Below, piece after piece: positions 47,700-57,683 of a DNA stretch of 64,000 nucleotides (the stretch's first letter is position 1; every line of letters starts with the position of its first letter). Origin of the DNA: Planctomycetota bacterium (GTDB lineage Bacteria; Planctomycetota; PLA2; JAEUHO01); the NCBI GenBank assembly GCA_965222115.1, contig CBDCTJ010000007.1:768001-832000 (forward strand), read 5' to 3'. A model generated the notes under the pieces. The model was not told the DNA's origin, made no database searches, and worked only from the letters and a program-made list of their open reading frames with translations. Made by a program: the position numbers and the translations under genes.

Positions 47700-49334
47700 A
47701 TGCACGTGCAAAGTCGGGGCGATGAGCAACTTCGACTTGCGTTGTTGCATAGCGTGCGTCAGCGACCGCTGGACGTCGTGGACATCCTTCGAGAGTTGCG
47801 CAAGCGCGTGCCCGGCCTGATTCGCGGGCGGGAGGGTGTACTTCATCCTTTGCTCTTCCGCGCTCTGCAACAGGGTGACGTTTCGTTTGTGGGAACGTCG
47901 TCGCGCGGGCTGTCCCTCTATGGGCCCGAAGCCAAGCACGCAACGAAAAGGGACGAACCGGCGCACGGACTATCGCCGCAAGACGAACGACCGTTGCCGG
48001 CGCCGATTGCACCCGCGAGGCAGCGGGCCGTGTTGCACATGGCACGCGTGGTCAAGGACCCGTATCACCGCGGACGCGTCGTACGCGACATGCATGCCCA
48101 CATGGCCGATCTCGACGCCCTGCCGTCCGGCAACAGCCATCGATTTGGGAGCAAGAAAGCGATCCAGGCGGCGCTTCAACGGGTTTCGCGCGGCAAGCGC
48201 ACCGTGTTGGCGCCCGTATCCGCAGGTGACACCATCAAACGGTTTCTATTCAATGAAGGTCCGTGGATTGTGAGCACGCTGGCGCTGTTCTTTATCGCCA
48301 AGCTTTTCGTTGTGGACGTGTATCAGATTCCTTCAGGCAGCATGATGCCCACCCTTGTCACGGGCGATCGCATCGTGGTGCGTAAGTTCGCCACCGCTCG
48401 TGCTGAGGAGCGTTGGCGCATATGGACGTTTCAACGTGAGCCCAAGACCTACGTCAAACGCATGGTGGGCTTACCGGGCGAGCGAATTGCGATCCACGGG
48501 GGTGACATCTACATCAATGGCGTCATTGCCGAAAAACCCGTTGCGCTCAATCAAACGCTCCGTCGTCCGCTAGGCCATTGGGACTTTCGGCGCGCGGAGG
48601 ATGTTCGCGCTACATGGCGTCGTACGTCGTCGGGCGGCACCCATCGTTGGGTTTGGGATGGCGGTCGGCTCTCGCCCGATTGGCGCCCCGATCATCAAAC
48701 GTCATCCTATGCTATTCCCTTGCTCGATGCCTATGCAACGCTTCATGCCGAGCGGCCCAAGGATGGGCGACTTGCCATCACACTTGCACGCATGGCCAAG
48801 ACATCGGGCGAAACAGCGTGGACTTTTGAACTTGCGCCGGAGGGTGCGCGGGTGATTGAACGCGTGACCGCCGTTTCGGTTCCAGGGCACGCGCCGGTGC
48901 CCACACAAGAACGCGTGCTTTGGAAAGACAAACGCGGCGGAGACGCCCACGGAACGCTTGCGATGACGTTGGCGTTGATTGACGGCAATCTGTCGGCCGC
49001 CGTGGAGGATCTTTCGTGGAAGGGTCGGGTGAACGCGCCGCGCCATGGGCTGCGATTCGAAGTCGCCGCCACCGAGGCGTCGCTACATTCGTTTGCCCTC
49101 GACGCCGACCAACATTGGAGCAGCGTGGGGGTACATGCCGTCACGGATATTGACGACGATCCCACCACCGCCGGGCACACCCTCGGCGAACACAGCTTCT
49201 TTTTCCTGGGCGACAACACCACCAACAGCGGTGATAGTCGTATTCGAAGCCTGGGCGACGTCCATCGCAGCGAACTCATTGCGCCCGTGATCTTCAAAGT
49301 GTGGCCGCCTTCGGACCTCGGCGTGCCAAAGTAG
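47700..49334 (+). CDS. lepB: Signal peptidase I (S26) with N-terminal PadR-like and HAAS-like extension
   Basis: IPSGSMMPTL (Ser), YVKRMVGLPGE (Lys), LGDNTTNSGDSR; about 180-aa cytoplasmic N-terminal extension. Confidence 0.85.
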   Translation: MHVQSRGDEQLRLALLHSVRQRPLDVVDILRELRKRVPGLIRGREGVLHPLLFRALQQGDVSFVGTSSRGLSLYGPEAKHATKRDEPAHGLSPQDERPLPAPIAPARQRAVLHMARVVKDPYHRGRVVRDMHAHMADLDALPSGNSHRFGSKKAIQAALQRVSRGKRTVLAPVSAGDTIKRFLFNEGPWIVSTLALFFIAKLFVVDVYQIPSGSMMPTLVTGDRIVVRKFATARAEERWRIWTFQREPKTYVKRMVGLPGERIAIHGGDIYINGVIAEKPVALNQTLRRPLGHWDFRRAEDVRATWRRTSSGGTHRWVWDGGRLSPDWRPDHQTSSYAIPLLDAYATLHAERPKDGRLAITLARMAKTSGETAWTFELAPEGARVIERVTAVSVPGHAPVPTQERVLWKDKRGGDAHGTLAMTLALIDGNLSAAVEDLSWKGRVNAPRHGLRFEVAATEASLHSFALDADQHWSSVGVHAVTDIDDDPTTAGHTLGEHSFFFLGDNTTNSGDSRIRSLGDVHRSELIAPVIFKVWPPSDLGVPK

Positions 49335-49445
49335 CCCAAGCAGAAGGCACAACTCCCCAATCCGCGACGGGTATCAGCAGCCACGATCCTTGCCGGCGCG
49401 GGATCGCCCGCGCGCGTACAATCGAATGGCCTTCGATTCGATCGA

Positions 49446-50210
49446 ATGTGCGACCCAAACATCAAGGAGTGTCGTCTGTCTCGTTCTGCCGACCGCATTC
49501 CAACGGACGCCGTGGCGGAGGCGCGCGAACCCGCCGCGAAGTCTGGCCCACGGCGCGCTTCGCCGGGCAGCCTTTGCGTCGAAGATCAAGCGCTCATGCG
49601 TGCGATTCAGGGGGGCGATCACGACGCGTTTGAACAGCTCGTTCGCAAGTATGAAGGGTTGGTGTTTTCGCTGGCTCGTCGCTACCTCGGATCCCGCTAC
49701 GACGGACTCGAGGACGTTGCGCAGCAAGTGTTCTTGCGCGTGTACCGCTCCGCCCATACCTACACGCCCCGAGCCAAGGTCAAGACGTGGCTGTTTAGCG
49801 TAACTGTGAACGCGTGCCTGAATGAGATTCGGCGTTTGCGCGCGCAGAAAAACGCGCGATCAAACTCGTTCACGGCTGTGTTTGGCGAAAGCGAAGATGG
49901 GCCTCGCATTGAGGACCGCCGCGAGATGAGTACCGCAGCGGCGCTCGATGTGCAGGCGCTAGAGCGCCGTGTCGAACAGGCGGTCGATGGTCTTCCGGAA
50001 CAACAGCGGCTGGCGCTGATCTTGGTTCGCTTCCACGATTGCAGTTACGAAGAGATCGCCGAAACGATGGAGACTACGGTGCCGGCCGTGAAGTCGTTGC
50101 TGACCCGCGCCCGCACCAATTTGCGCAAAGCGCTTGCCGAGCCGGTTGCGGCCTCGCCCCTTGGGGCAAGGTCTGAATCGGCCGCATCCGGAAGGGAGAT
50201 GCCCGAGTGA
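49446..50210 (+). CDS. ECF (group 4) sigma factor
   Basis: GD.DAFEQLV, EDVAQQVF, KTWLF, LPEQQR...SYEEIA...VKSLL.RAR. Confidence 0.93.
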   Translation: MCDPNIKECRLSRSADRIPTDAVAEAREPAAKSGPRRASPGSLCVEDQALMRAIQGGDHDAFEQLVRKYEGLVFSLARRYLGSRYDGLEDVAQQVFLRVYRSAHTYTPRAKVKTWLFSVTVNACLNEIRRLRAQKNARSNSFTAVFGESEDGPRIEDRREMSTAAALDVQALERRVEQAVDGLPEQQRLALILVRFHDCSYEEIAETMETTVPAVKSLLTRARTNLRKALAEPVAASPLGARSESAASGREMPE

Positions 50211-50438
50211 TGTTCGTCCAATTTCACGATCGCCGGCGGTTGAACCCCGCGACTTTCTCCGCTTTTTCGTGTTTCAGAAACTGCTGCCGCGCGTGTTCCC
50301 GTGCGCTGCAGCCCAGCAAAGGTCCCCTGTCATGAACACGCACAGTTCGTCCCCGCATGATTCTTCCAATCGCGATCCATCTCCCATGACCCCCTTCAGG
50401 GTGATGGTTTCGCGGGAGATGGGTCGTTAGACGGCGAG

Positions 50439-50981
50439 GTGATGACCGAGTTAGACAGGAAGATCGATCGGGCGCTCTCGCTATATCGCGACGAGCCGGT
50501 GCCCACGGGCTTTTCGTCGCGCGTGCGCGCAAGGCTCGCTGATTCCTCGAAGTTGCCATCCACGAAGGCGTATGAGCCCGCGCCCAAGTTGCGTGCAGTA
50601 GGTGGTAGGCCGCGTAGGCCGTCGTGGCTGCTTGCCGCGGCCGCGCTTGTGCTTGGTGCGGGAGTGATGTGGGGTGTGCTTCGTGCAACCGATCAAGGGG
50701 CGCGTGATCAGGCGGACGCCACTCATCAATCAGCAACCAACCAATCAGCAATCAACCGTGATGCAGCGCTTGAGCCGTTGTTGGCCGAAGTGCCTGCCGA
50801 TCTGTTGCCGCATGTTGAGTTCTTGGCCACGCTCGATGACGATTCGTTTGAAGTCGTGATGGACGGCGCCTGGAGTCCCGATGGTCTGCTTGCCGATGGC
50901 AGTGCTATTGAAGGCAGTGCTATTGAAGGCAGTGCTATTGAAGGCAGTGCTATTGATGGCGGCGGTGCGGACGAGGGGTAG
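50439..50981 (+). CDS. Putative single-TM anti-sigma factor
   Basis: EPVPTGFSSRV, LLAAAALVLG TM, acidic C-terminus; true start may be ATG 50332 if a C is missing near 50385. Confidence 0.7.
   Translation: MMTELDRKIDRALSLYRDEPVPTGFSSRVRARLADSSKLPSTKAYEPAPKLRAVGGRPRRPSWLLAAAALVLGAGVMWGVLRATDQGARDQADATHQSATNQSAINRDAALEPLLAEVPADLLPHVEFLATLDDDSFEVVMDGAWSPDGLLADGSAIEGSAIEGSAIEGSAIDGGGADEG
50898..50957 (+). repeat. 4 x 15-bp tandem repeat (GGCAGTGCTATTGAA) encoding GSAIE/D
   Basis: Direct inspection. Confidence 0.95.
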
Positions 50982-50988
50982 TTCATTC

Positions 50989-52320
50989 ATGCACGTTCGT
51001 CTAACTACCTATGGGATGCGGCTCGTCGTATTGCTGCTCGTCGGGTGTCTTGGCGTGTGTCTCGATGCGGCGTTGCCGGCGTGGGCGGACGATGGTGATA
51101 CACCGGAACGTGAAGTAGAGAGAGGCCGTGACGATCAAGAAGGCAAGGCAAGCGCCGTTTCGCGTTTGTCCGCCACCGAACTTGCTTTGGTGAAAAAGCG
51201 CGTGCCCACATGGGACTCGCTCGACACGTCGGCGCGTGAACGCATTGCGCGCAGCGTCTTGCATCTTCGACGCATGACGAAAGACGAGCGCAATGTCTTT
51301 CATCAACGACTGAAGCGATTCAAAGAAATGCGGCGGCGCCACCCCAAGGGGCGCCGAAGTATGCGTGACGTACGCGGTTCGTTTGAGGTCGCCAATGCGT
51401 TTGGCCGCCTACTTCTAAACGATATGCCGGGCGAGGTTCAGCGCGTGTGGAAGCAACAGGGCCTTTCATCTCGGATGGCGAGCCTTGTTGCGTGGCGTGA
51501 GTTTCAGTCACAGGTTCGCAATCGATTGGTCGCGCGCGTGGAGCGCGAGTGGACGTCTGGCGATGCGGCGCCCGCATGGGTGCCTGCACCCGCGAGAGCG
51601 CCACTGATTAAAGCGATGACACGCTTCCATAAAATCCGTGCGGCGGGGAATGCGAACGAGTCCAAGTCTGGCATTCGGCGAGCGCGCCATGCGATCGGTC
51701 GCCTGTTGTTGAGCGCGGAACACAAACGCATCGTCGCAAAGCACCACGTGTTGGATGCGAACAAGGTGGCGCGTGCATGGATGCATCGTTTTCCCGAAGA
51801 CGTTGCGGCTACGCGCGAGCGACTTGTGCGCGAGGGTGCCTCAATGGTGCGCGCGGCCATGGAGCGGCACGGGCGAGGCAAGGGCGCATCCGGTTTTGGC
51901 GGCCCGCGTGGCGCCTTGTCGTTTCTGCGTGGCGGCCCGCTCGAGCTAGCGACACGCGCGCAGGGGCTGTCGATTCTGGAGCGCATGGCACGTCACGACA
52001 CATTTGAAACGCCCGAGAAGCGTGCAGCAATTGTTGCGTTGCTACGAGAGCAGTTGCATACCCACTTTGGCGTTCCCGTGGATACATTCGACGCGCTTCC
52101 CGGCGTGGAGTCGCCCCAGGAGCGCCGACGCGCGTTTGGGAAGCTGATTCGAACGTATGTGATGCCCAAGCTGAAGCAGCAAGGCAACCAGCGTGGCCGT
52201 CGGCGTGGGCGCGATGGGCGTCGAGGGGAACACCGTGGCGAGCGTCGAGGGAATGACCGAGATGGTGGCGGTCCGCCGCGCCGCGATCTACCTCCGGGTG
52301 GCGAGGAATCGCCGCGGTAA
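50989..52320 (+). CDS. Secreted basic helical protein (DUF3106-like N-terminal part)
   Basis: Signal peptide ending AWA; W.SL....RERI...LRRMT.DER pattern; follows sigma/anti-sigma. Confidence 0.6.
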   Translation: MHVRLTTYGMRLVVLLLVGCLGVCLDAALPAWADDGDTPEREVERGRDDQEGKASAVSRLSATELALVKKRVPTWDSLDTSARERIARSVLHLRRMTKDERNVFHQRLKRFKEMRRRHPKGRRSMRDVRGSFEVANAFGRLLLNDMPGEVQRVWKQQGLSSRMASLVAWREFQSQVRNRLVARVEREWTSGDAAPAWVPAPARAPLIKAMTRFHKIRAAGNANESKSGIRRARHAIGRLLLSAEHKRIVAKHHVLDANKVARAWMHRFPEDVAATRERLVREGASMVRAAMERHGRGKGASGFGGPRGALSFLRGGPLELATRAQGLSILERMARHDTFETPEKRAAIVALLREQLHTHFGVPVDTFDALPGVESPQERRRAFGKLIRTYVMPKLKQQGNQRGRRRGRDGRRGEHRGERRGNDRDGGGPPRRDLPPGGEESPR

Positions 52321-52330
52321 ACTCTGACCC

Positions 52331-53197
52331 GTGAGCGATTCCACATCTGATCCGTCACGTTCGACGTCGCGAGGTTCTGGCACGGAAGAGCGTTCCACCG
52401 CTACGGTGGCCTTCGTCCAGTTCGAGCCCACCTTTGGCGCCGTGGAAACCAATCTCGACGCCTGCGAACGACTCTTGCCAGCTGACGATGTCGATCTCGT
52501 GGTGTTTCCCGAACTCGTTTCCACCGGTTACAGCTTTGTCGATCGTGCTGAAGCGCGCGCTGTGGCTGAGACGTTTCCCGACGGTCCTACCTGCGAACGG
52601 CTGGCTGCGTGGAGTCACACGCTCGACGCTGTTGTGGTTGGGGGCTACGTCGAACAGGATGGCGATCACATCTACAACGCCGCGGCAGTGTTCGCATCGG
52701 GTAAGCCTCTAACAAGTTATCGAAAGGTGCACCTTTTCGGATTTGAACGCGAGTGTTTCGATCCCGGAGGCGATGGATTCCCCGTGGTGGAGCATCGCGG
52801 CCTGCGCGTTGGCGTGATGATTTGCTTCGACTGGATTTTTCCAGAGGCGGCTCGGACGCTTTCGCTGAAGGGTGCCGATGTGATTGCGCACCCCTGCAAT
52901 TTGGTGCTACCGCGCTGGTGCCAGCAAGCCATGGTGGTGCGCGCGATTGAGAATCGCATCTATGCCGTGAGTGCCAACCGCACTGGATCCGAACATCGCA
53001 AACCGCGCCCAGAGCTCAAGTTTACGGGCTGTAGCCAAATTGTGGGCCCGTCGGGTGAAGTCATTGTCGCGGCCGATGCGCACGCGATTCAGACGTCGTC
53101 GGGGGTGGTCGATCTTTTGGCCGCACGACATAAGCAGATTCCATCGGGGAACGATGTCCACGCAGATCGACGTCCTAACCAGTACTCCCTAGATTGA
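52331..53197 (+). CDS. Carbon-nitrogen hydrolase (nitrilase superfamily)
   Basis: Glu-Lys-Cys triad: FPEL, YRKVHL, ICFD; RAIEN. Confidence 0.93.
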   Translation: MSDSTSDPSRSTSRGSGTEERSTATVAFVQFEPTFGAVETNLDACERLLPADDVDLVVFPELVSTGYSFVDRAEARAVAETFPDGPTCERLAAWSHTLDAVVVGGYVEQDGDHIYNAAAVFASGKPLTSYRKVHLFGFERECFDPGGDGFPVVEHRGLRVGVMICFDWIFPEAARTLSLKGADVIAHPCNLVLPRWCQQAMVVRAIENRIYAVSANRTGSEHRKPRPELKFTGCSQIVGPSGEVIVAADAHAIQTSSGVVDLLAARHKQIPSGNDVHADRRPNQYSLD

Positions 53198-53377
53198 CGT
53201 AAGTCTATCGAACTGCGTACATTGCGGAACATGAGCGATATTTAATACAACATCGATTTGCCGGTCGATTTCATTGGGCTAGGTTTCCTAAGCCGACGGA
53301 CAAACACGCCGACGGCGCGGTGCAGGTCGATGACCGGCGCCATTTGATCTTTCGATACAGATTTCCTCTGAGTCCTG

Positions 53378-53460
53378 GATGAAAGGGCAAACCTGGTGTG
53401 AGCCAGGGGCGCAAAGCTACAGGGCCTATCGGTTCGTCCGGTAGGTAGCCAGCTACCAAG
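53378..53460 (+). ncRNA. c-di-GMP-I (GEMM) riboswitch
   Basis: GGCAAA-CCTGGT-GTGA-GCCAGG-GGCGCAAAGC.ACAGGGCCTA...TAGGTAGCCAG.TACC: P2 stem with GNRA loop plus P3 stem. Confidence 0.85.
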
Positions 53461-53618
53461 CCATGGGACGTGATGGAGAGTCAACCGGATCTTCCGGTTC
53501 CGCTCGCCACCACCCGCATCCAGTTCGGCGCGACACCTCGATAGGTATCGCGAGCGGGAAACGGTGGTGGAAGTGGCTGCAAGGGACCGCAGCGCTTCAA
53601 GAACGAGACGGAGCAGTT

Positions 53619-54395
53619 ATGAAGAAGATTCGCGATGCGGACTATCGGCACCTTTGGATCAGCTACGGGGAAACCAAGGACCCCGCAGTCAAAAGCAAGA
53701 TCATCGAGGCCTACTTTCCCTTGGTGAAATACCTCGCCGAGCGCATGGCCTCAACGCTGCCCGCCAGTGTGGAAGTGGATGATCTCGTGAGCATGGGAAC
53801 CTTTGGCTTGATTGAAGCCATCGACCGCTTTGATCTGTCTCGCGGTATTCAGTTCAAGACCTATTGCAGCGCCCGTATTCGCGGTTCGATTCTCGATAAC
53901 TTGCGCGCCAACGACTGGGTGCCGCGCTTGGTTCGCCTGCGCACCAACATGGTTGACAAGACGCTTCGCAAGCTCTATGCGGAACTGGGCCGTGAGCCCA
54001 CCGACCCGGAAATGGCCGAAGCCCTTGAAATGACCATGCCCGAATACGAAAAGATTCGCAAGGAAGCCAGCCCCACCTCGGTGCTCTCCTTAACCGACGA
54101 TAGCAACAACGACGATGGCGATGGTGGCGGTCGTATGCTCGACCTCTTGGGTGGCACGGGCGGCGACCGCGCGCGCAACCGCCAGCAACTTGACGATGTT
54201 CGCGACCTGCTCTTCAACAACCTCAACGAGAAAGAGCAGATCGTGGTGCGCTACTACTACTACGAAGGCCTCTCCATGCGAGAGATCGCCCACATGTTGC
54301 GCCTCACCGAGAGCCGCGTGTGTCAGATCCACAGCAAAGTGATTCGCCGCCTTCGCGAACTGCACGCGAGCAAGCGCGTGGACCTGTTCGTCTAG
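53619..54395 (+). CDS. fliA: FliA/WhiG-family (sigma-28) sigma factor
   Basis: DDLVS.G.FGL.EAIDRFD, RIRGSILDNLR..DWVPR, LTESRVCQIH. Confidence 0.9.
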   Translation: MKKIRDADYRHLWISYGETKDPAVKSKIIEAYFPLVKYLAERMASTLPASVEVDDLVSMGTFGLIEAIDRFDLSRGIQFKTYCSARIRGSILDNLRANDWVPRLVRLRTNMVDKTLRKLYAELGREPTDPEMAEALEMTMPEYEKIRKEASPTSVLSLTDDSNNDDGDGGGRMLDLLGGTGGDRARNRQQLDDVRDLLFNNLNEKEQIVVRYYYYEGLSMREIAHMLRLTESRVCQIHSKVIRRLRELHASKRVDLFV

Positions 54396-54475
54396 TCCCC
54401 TAAACGAGCACCTGCAAGACCTGTGGCTGTCGCGATTGCGGCAGCCACGATCTTTTTTGCTGCGAACGATGTCTC

Positions 54476-55914
54476 TTACGGCGTCTCGTCTTCCTCGGGT
54501 TCATCTGGGGCAGGATCCGAGGGCGCATCGCTTGTCGCGGGGTTCTCGTCGATATCGCTTGCCTCGGTCGGCATCGCTGCGCTGTCAGGTTCGGCGGATG
54601 GCGTCGCCGTCGCCTCGTCCTTGGCCTGCTGTTCGGCGGCGGCACCATCGATCACGGGACCCGTGTTGGCCAGCGCCTCGTAGCGCTCCTCTTCAAACGG
54701 CAGGAAGATGTCATCTTGCGTGGTGCCATCCACGTCGGCACGCAGGTCGGCATAGACACAACTGGTAGCACCCAGCAGCCAAAAGACGGCATAGCCGAAG
54801 AACCCAAGCCAAATTAGATTTAGCAAGACCCACCAGATAAACGCGGTGAGCTTGTGGTACCACGGCGCTTTCAAGACTGCGGAGAAGTGCATGGCATTGG
54901 GCTTGCTTGAAGTGGTTGTGCTCTGGCGGGCGCCCGCCATGTGAAGTCCGGGATGCCGGATCGGTTGTTCGTAGCCGTTCTCATCCTTGAGTTCGCGCTG
55001 AAGCGTTTTGGCCTCAGCATCAAATTCGGCGAAGTCCTCGCCTTCGTTGTCCTTCTGCGCGGGGGCGTCGATCAAAACGGAGTAACGATCTTGCCAAATG
55101 CCGTTGTCCACGGTTTTCACAGCCGTATATGTAAACCAGTGGCCCACCAACAGCACCACGCCTAAGAACATGAAGATCAAGAAGTAGTTCCAGAAATATT
55201 GCAAGGGACGAGCGAATACGTAGCTAAACGCGCGACTGATGGCGTCGAGCGTCCCATTGCATTCCCATGCCGCGGCTGCACCGATCAGGGGCATGCCCAT
55301 GACGCCGCCCAGGGCGACCAACAAAAAGAGCAGCGCACCCACAATCACCAACGGCAGTAGGACGATGCCAAGGATGCCACCCCACAAATGGAATGCTGGT
55401 CAACACGCCGGCGAGCAGGTTGCACAACCAGAACACGAAGAGCACGCCGAGGATGGTGGCGGGCACCAACAACATGGTGGCCCAGTTCTTCCAGGAAAAG
55501 CTCAACGCCTCGCGCAGGGACAGCCCTTCGTCGCGCGAAATGCGCAGACTCACAATGCGATGAATGCCCTGCCCGAAGAAGGACCACACAGCAAAGAACC
55601 ACAGGCCGCCAACAAGGCCTTCCCAGAATGTGTAGCCGCCGCTTGCGGCATCGGCGAAGTCCACGCGGAAGACCATGCGCATGACGTTGTGAATCTCGGA
55701 ACCGATGTACGGAATGCCCTCAAAGAGGTTGGCAAGTGCTGCAAGGAAGGCGCCGCTCAAGTCGGCCTTACCGAATATCTGACCGAGCAGGAGGCCGCCC
55801 GCCCACCACACCAAGTAGCCAAAGGATAGCCAGCGCAAGTGCGCGAAAGTCAAACGGCACCCATGGCGCGCGAAAGTATGTCCTCGGCATGAGTTCGGGG
55901 CTGTAGTCGCTCAT
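54476..55914 (-). pseudogene. Multi-pass membrane protein split by two frameshifts (possibly sequencing errors)
   Basis: Continuous hydrophobic protein across three frames from ATG 55914; single-base insertions near 55823 and 55383 explain the breaks. Confidence 0.7.
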
Positions 55915-56228
55915 GGGCTGGATTCCTCGTCCCTCGTGGGATTTCTGCGGGCGCTCCCAACGAGGCTCCGTCTGCAGATACCGATTTGCCCGATCGTCAT
56001 GGGCCGTCCTGGCGAGGCCGGATTGTAGCCACGCGACTCCGTGGGCCGTAACCGGGACCGTGGCGGTTGGCGGATCATGGCCAATTCCAGATCCTCCTTT
56101 GACCTGCTCAGCGCAGTGGTACAGCACGCGGGCGCTTCGAGGTCGACTCGGACTTGGATTCGCTCTGGGGGTTGTGAACACCCGATCTAACGAAATACGT
56201 GCAGTGCGCACCACGACGGAGGACGACC

Positions 56229-57683
56229 ATGCAGCACCGACCGCATTCCTCGGCTGTCCACCATGCAAGCCAGGCAACTGTTGAAGCACGGGCTTCTCGC
56301 TGGATGCTGCTCGTCGCGGTGCTTTCACTCGTCGTCGTGGCGCCTGCGTTGGCCAAGGATCCGAGCACTAAGAAGCCACCTACTTCGAAGGCGCCTGCCA
56401 AGCCACCCGCGAAGCCTGTCGCAACGCACGCCGAAGGCGCGCCCACCGTGCCTGGCAATGCCAAGGCACCCGCCACGTCCAACAGTGAGGGCGAGGCCGG
56501 TGACGAAGAAGCAACGCCGCCCCTTTCCTTTCCCAATGAGTCGGTGATCGAGCGCGACGACGGCACCGTCATGTACTTCTACCGGACCAACTTCGCGACC
56601 CCCAAAGACCTCATCAAGGCGCTCACCGATTCGGGCTTTGGCAAGTTGTTGGCCACAAAAAAGGGCGCGCCACCACCGATGCGTGCGGTGGCCAAGCAAA
56701 ACGTCGTGATCTTTGAAGGCGATGTGGACGCCGTCATGATGGTCCTCGACGCGGTGGCCTACTTTGATGTGGCACAGCCTCAGGTCTTTGTCGAAGCCAA
56801 AGTGCTCGAAGTCACGTATGAGTCCAACTTCGAATTCGGTTTGGATTACTTGCTGGATCGAAATAGTGCGGGACCGGGCACCATCTTTCGCGGTACGGGC
56901 GGCACGCTCAATCCGCCGACCTACCTTCGCAGCACGTTTGCGCCGCAGTTCCCCTTTCAGGGGACGAGTGGCGTGTTTGGTCTGGTGGGAAGCAACGCCG
57001 ACAAGTGGGGGGCGCTGGAAGTCACGCTTCAGGCGTTGCAACTCAACGGCAAAGCGGAGGTGCTGTCCAAACCTTCGATCATTGCCACGCAAGGCGTTGA
57101 AGCCATCGTGACGACCACGGAATCTACGCCTGTGATTGCACTCAACTCGGCTACGCGGACCGGCGAAAACTTTGGTCTTGCGCCTGTCAAGACCGGTGTG
57201 GAGCTCAAAGTTACGCCGCAGCACATCGGTGAGAGCTTCGTTACGCTCAAGATAAGCCCCAAAGTTGACGGCGTGGCGGGACTTGCAAGTGCGCGCACCG
57301 GTGGCACGTTTGCGCCCATTACGACGACACGACGCGCGTCCACGACGCTCACGTTGGGCGACGGAGAAACATTGGTGATTGGTGGCCTCTACACCAACTT
57401 CAGTACGACGGAGAAAGCCAAGACACCCTTTCTTAGCGAACTTCCGTTGTTGGGGGAGCTGTTTACGCGTACGAAAGAAACCAAGCGCAAGACCGAACTC
57501 ATTTTTATCCTCACGCCCCATATTGTGCGCAAGACCAAGGATCTGAAGATCATCACGCCGCCCGCCGAGCTCGACCGTTTGGAGAAAGCCGAGAAGAACG
57601 AAGGCAAGAAGAACTGCAAAGGCCCCACGTTTCCCAAGTTGCCGCGCCCGCCGGGTTGGGGTGCCCACTTTGAAGATGAATAG
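56229..57683 (+). CDS. Secretin (GspD/PilQ-family outer-membrane pore)
   Basis: DVAQPQVFVEAKVLEV, AEVLSKPSI, GETLVIGGL, PFLSELPLLGELF, ELIFILTPHIV. Confidence 0.92.
   Translation: MQHRPHSSAVHHASQATVEARASRWMLLVAVLSLVVVAPALAKDPSTKKPPTSKAPAKPPAKPVATHAEGAPTVPGNAKAPATSNSEGEAGDEEATPPLSFPNESVIERDDGTVMYFYRTNFATPKDLIKALTDSGFGKLLATKKGAPPPMRAVAKQNVVIFEGDVDAVMMVLDAVAYFDVAQPQVFVEAKVLEVTYESNFEFGLDYLLDRNSAGPGTIFRGTGGTLNPPTYLRSTFAPQFPFQGTSGVFGLVGSNADKWGALEVTLQALQLNGKAEVLSKPSIIATQGVEAIVTTTESTPVIALNSATRTGENFGLAPVKTGVELKVTPQHIGESFVTLKISPKVDGVAGLASARTGGTFAPITTTRRASTTLTLGDGETLVIGGLYTNFSTTEKAKTPFLSELPLLGELFTRTKETKRKTELIFILTPHIVRKTKDLKIITPPAELDRLEKAEKNEGKKNCKGPTFPKLPRPPGWGAHFEDE

Noticed and set aside
56105-56160. 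tRNA-like words (GCGCAGTGGTACAGC, TTCGA)
   Set aside because: No cloverleaf or acceptor stem can be formed
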